Of a DNA stretch of 39,359 nucleotides, positions 38,521 to 39,359 are shown piece after piece (positions within the stretch are counted from its first letter, which is position 1; every line of letters begins with the position of its first letter). The stretch is from NCBI GenBank assembly GCA_044240285.1, contig JBIHZU010000002.1, forward strand, positions 1 through 39,359. Reading direction: 5' to 3'. The notes under the pieces are model-generated. The model made no database searches. It was not told the DNA's origin and was given only the letters and a program-made list of their open reading frames with translations. The DNA is from Candidatus Nanopelagicales bacterium. GTDB lineage: Bacteria > Actinomycetota > Actinomycetes > S36-B12. The position numbers were made by a program, and so were the translations under genes.

Positions 38521-39327
38521 ATGCGTCGAGTGCTTGCTGTGCTCACGGTAGTTGCCGCGTTTGCGGCTCCCACCGCAGTCGCGTCAGCTCACGCTGCAAC
38601 GGCCTCGCCGAGTGTGGCGGCCGCAGCCGCTACGCGTGCTGTGCCCCCGACTCTTGAGTTTGGCGATAAGGGCCCGGCCGTACAGATCTTGCAGACTGCA
38701 CTTCGTGTCCCAAAGGCCAAGGCCCAGGGCTTCTTTAATCGCAAGACGCAGCGCGCAGTCAAGGCGTTCCAATTGCGCATGGGTCTTCGCACCACTGGCG
38801 TCGTCACCGCTCCTACCTGGGCTGCTCTCGGACCGCGGGTTTCGCGTGCTGCAGCACGCACCGTCGCAATGGCTCCGTCCGATGTGCTCCCGTGGGAGTC
38901 TTTCGCGGCACGTGACCTCGTGGGTTATCGCACGAGCGCCTACCAGGGCAAGCACTTCGTCGCCGGCATGGAGCAGTACCGCCTGTGCATCGTGCAGCGC
39001 GAGTCCGGCGGCAATTACCGTGTCGGCAGCTACTACCAAGGCGCCTACCAATTTGCGCCGTCGTGGAACTCGACAATTCGCGCCCACCTGCGGCCTGAGA
39101 TGGCGGCCAAGTACGGCCAAGCCGGTGCTAATGCGGTTGATGCACTTGCAGGGAAAAACATTAGCGAGTGGAACCGTTTCTGGCAGGACGCGGCCTTCTA
39201 CTCCGTGGTTGCTCACTCCGGCACCGGACCGTGGGCGGGGGGCAACTGGTCCTGTGACTCTCGGTCAGGCCGGGAGTCGGGTTGGCCGAGCGCTGGCGCG
39301 TGGAACTATCTCCCTTTTGAGGGCTGA
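38521..39327 (+). CDS. Secreted peptidoglycan-binding protein with a transglycosylase-like (Rpf/lysozyme-like) domain
   Basis: Signal peptide MRRVLAVLTVVAAFAAPTAVASA|HA and a PG_binding_1-like segment (GDKGPAVQILQTAL...TQRAVKAFQ...TGVVTAPTW). The C-terminal CIVQRESGGNYRV...GAYQF resembles the catalytic-Glu region of Rpf. ATG 38521 lies 6 nt after AGGAG; ATG 38515 is also in frame. Confidence 0.8.
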   Translation: MRRVLAVLTVVAAFAAPTAVASAHAATASPSVAAAAATRAVPPTLEFGDKGPAVQILQTALRVPKAKAQGFFNRKTQRAVKAFQLRMGLRTTGVVTAPTWAALGPRVSRAAARTVAMAPSDVLPWESFAARDLVGYRTSAYQGKHFVAGMEQYRLCIVQRESGGNYRVGSYYQGAYQFAPSWNSTIRAHLRPEMAAKYGQAGANAVDALAGKNISEWNRFWQDAAFYSVVAHSGTGPWAGGNWSCDSRSGRESGWPSAGAWNYLPFEG

Positions 39328-39359
39328 GTTAGTTCGGCCGCCCCACCGGGATTGTCGTT

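Overview
High-GC, tightly packed actinobacterial chromosomal segment. All protein calls come from motif recognition in the supplied translations; no database search was possible.

Two conserved housekeeping blocks match, from memory, the M. tuberculosis Rv1007c-Rv1026 and Rv1080c-Rv1095 neighbourhoods.

(i) 1-16.9 kb: metG (3' part), tatD, rsmA, ispE, a membrane desaturase, tRNA-Gln, glmU, prs, rplY, pth, a CysQ-like phosphatase, mfd, a lipoprotein, mazG, eno, an FtsB-like protein, DUF501 and ppx. Many of these are joined by 4-bp start/stop overlaps.

(ii) 29.3-39.3 kb: greA, DUF4307, mca, a small membrane protein, SURF1, DUF3817, a bidirectional terminator, DUF805, a vapC remnant, a DoxX-like protein, a thioredoxin-domain protein, a UppS-like prenyltransferase and phoH2. 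The block ends with a ydaO-type c-di-AMP riboswitch in front of a secreted PG-binding/transglycosylase-like protein.

Between the blocks (16.9-29.3 kb) lies a variable segment. It holds a LacI regulator with a dienelactone hydrolase, an atypical 77-nt tRNA (anticodon UAA, Leu-like D-arm, no long extra arm), a BI-1 membrane protein with a coupled small ORF, and a membrane-anchored collagen-like (GXY)15 protein. It also holds an MFS-msrA-MBL operon, a DUF2510-YbjQ fusion, an overlapping HExxH-hydrolase/DUF2786 pair, and a cytochrome P450 divergent from a DrrAB-like ABC exporter.

The most unusual feature is an ORF-free insertion of about 0.6 kb (28749-29304) between the ABC permease and greA.
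- It is flanked by two diverged copies of the permease's last 13 codons plus stop. Five of the six differences between the copies are silent.
- It contains a ~190-bp array with a 12/13/25-bp period.
- It contains two paralogous cassettes, each of four 17-19-bp pseudo-palindromic sites (two direct, two inverted). Centre-to-centre spacing is 31/37/31 bp in both cassettes, and base changes between cassettes preserve the direct/inverted complementarity.

No transposase, integrase, CRISPR/cas or rRNA gene is visible in the window.
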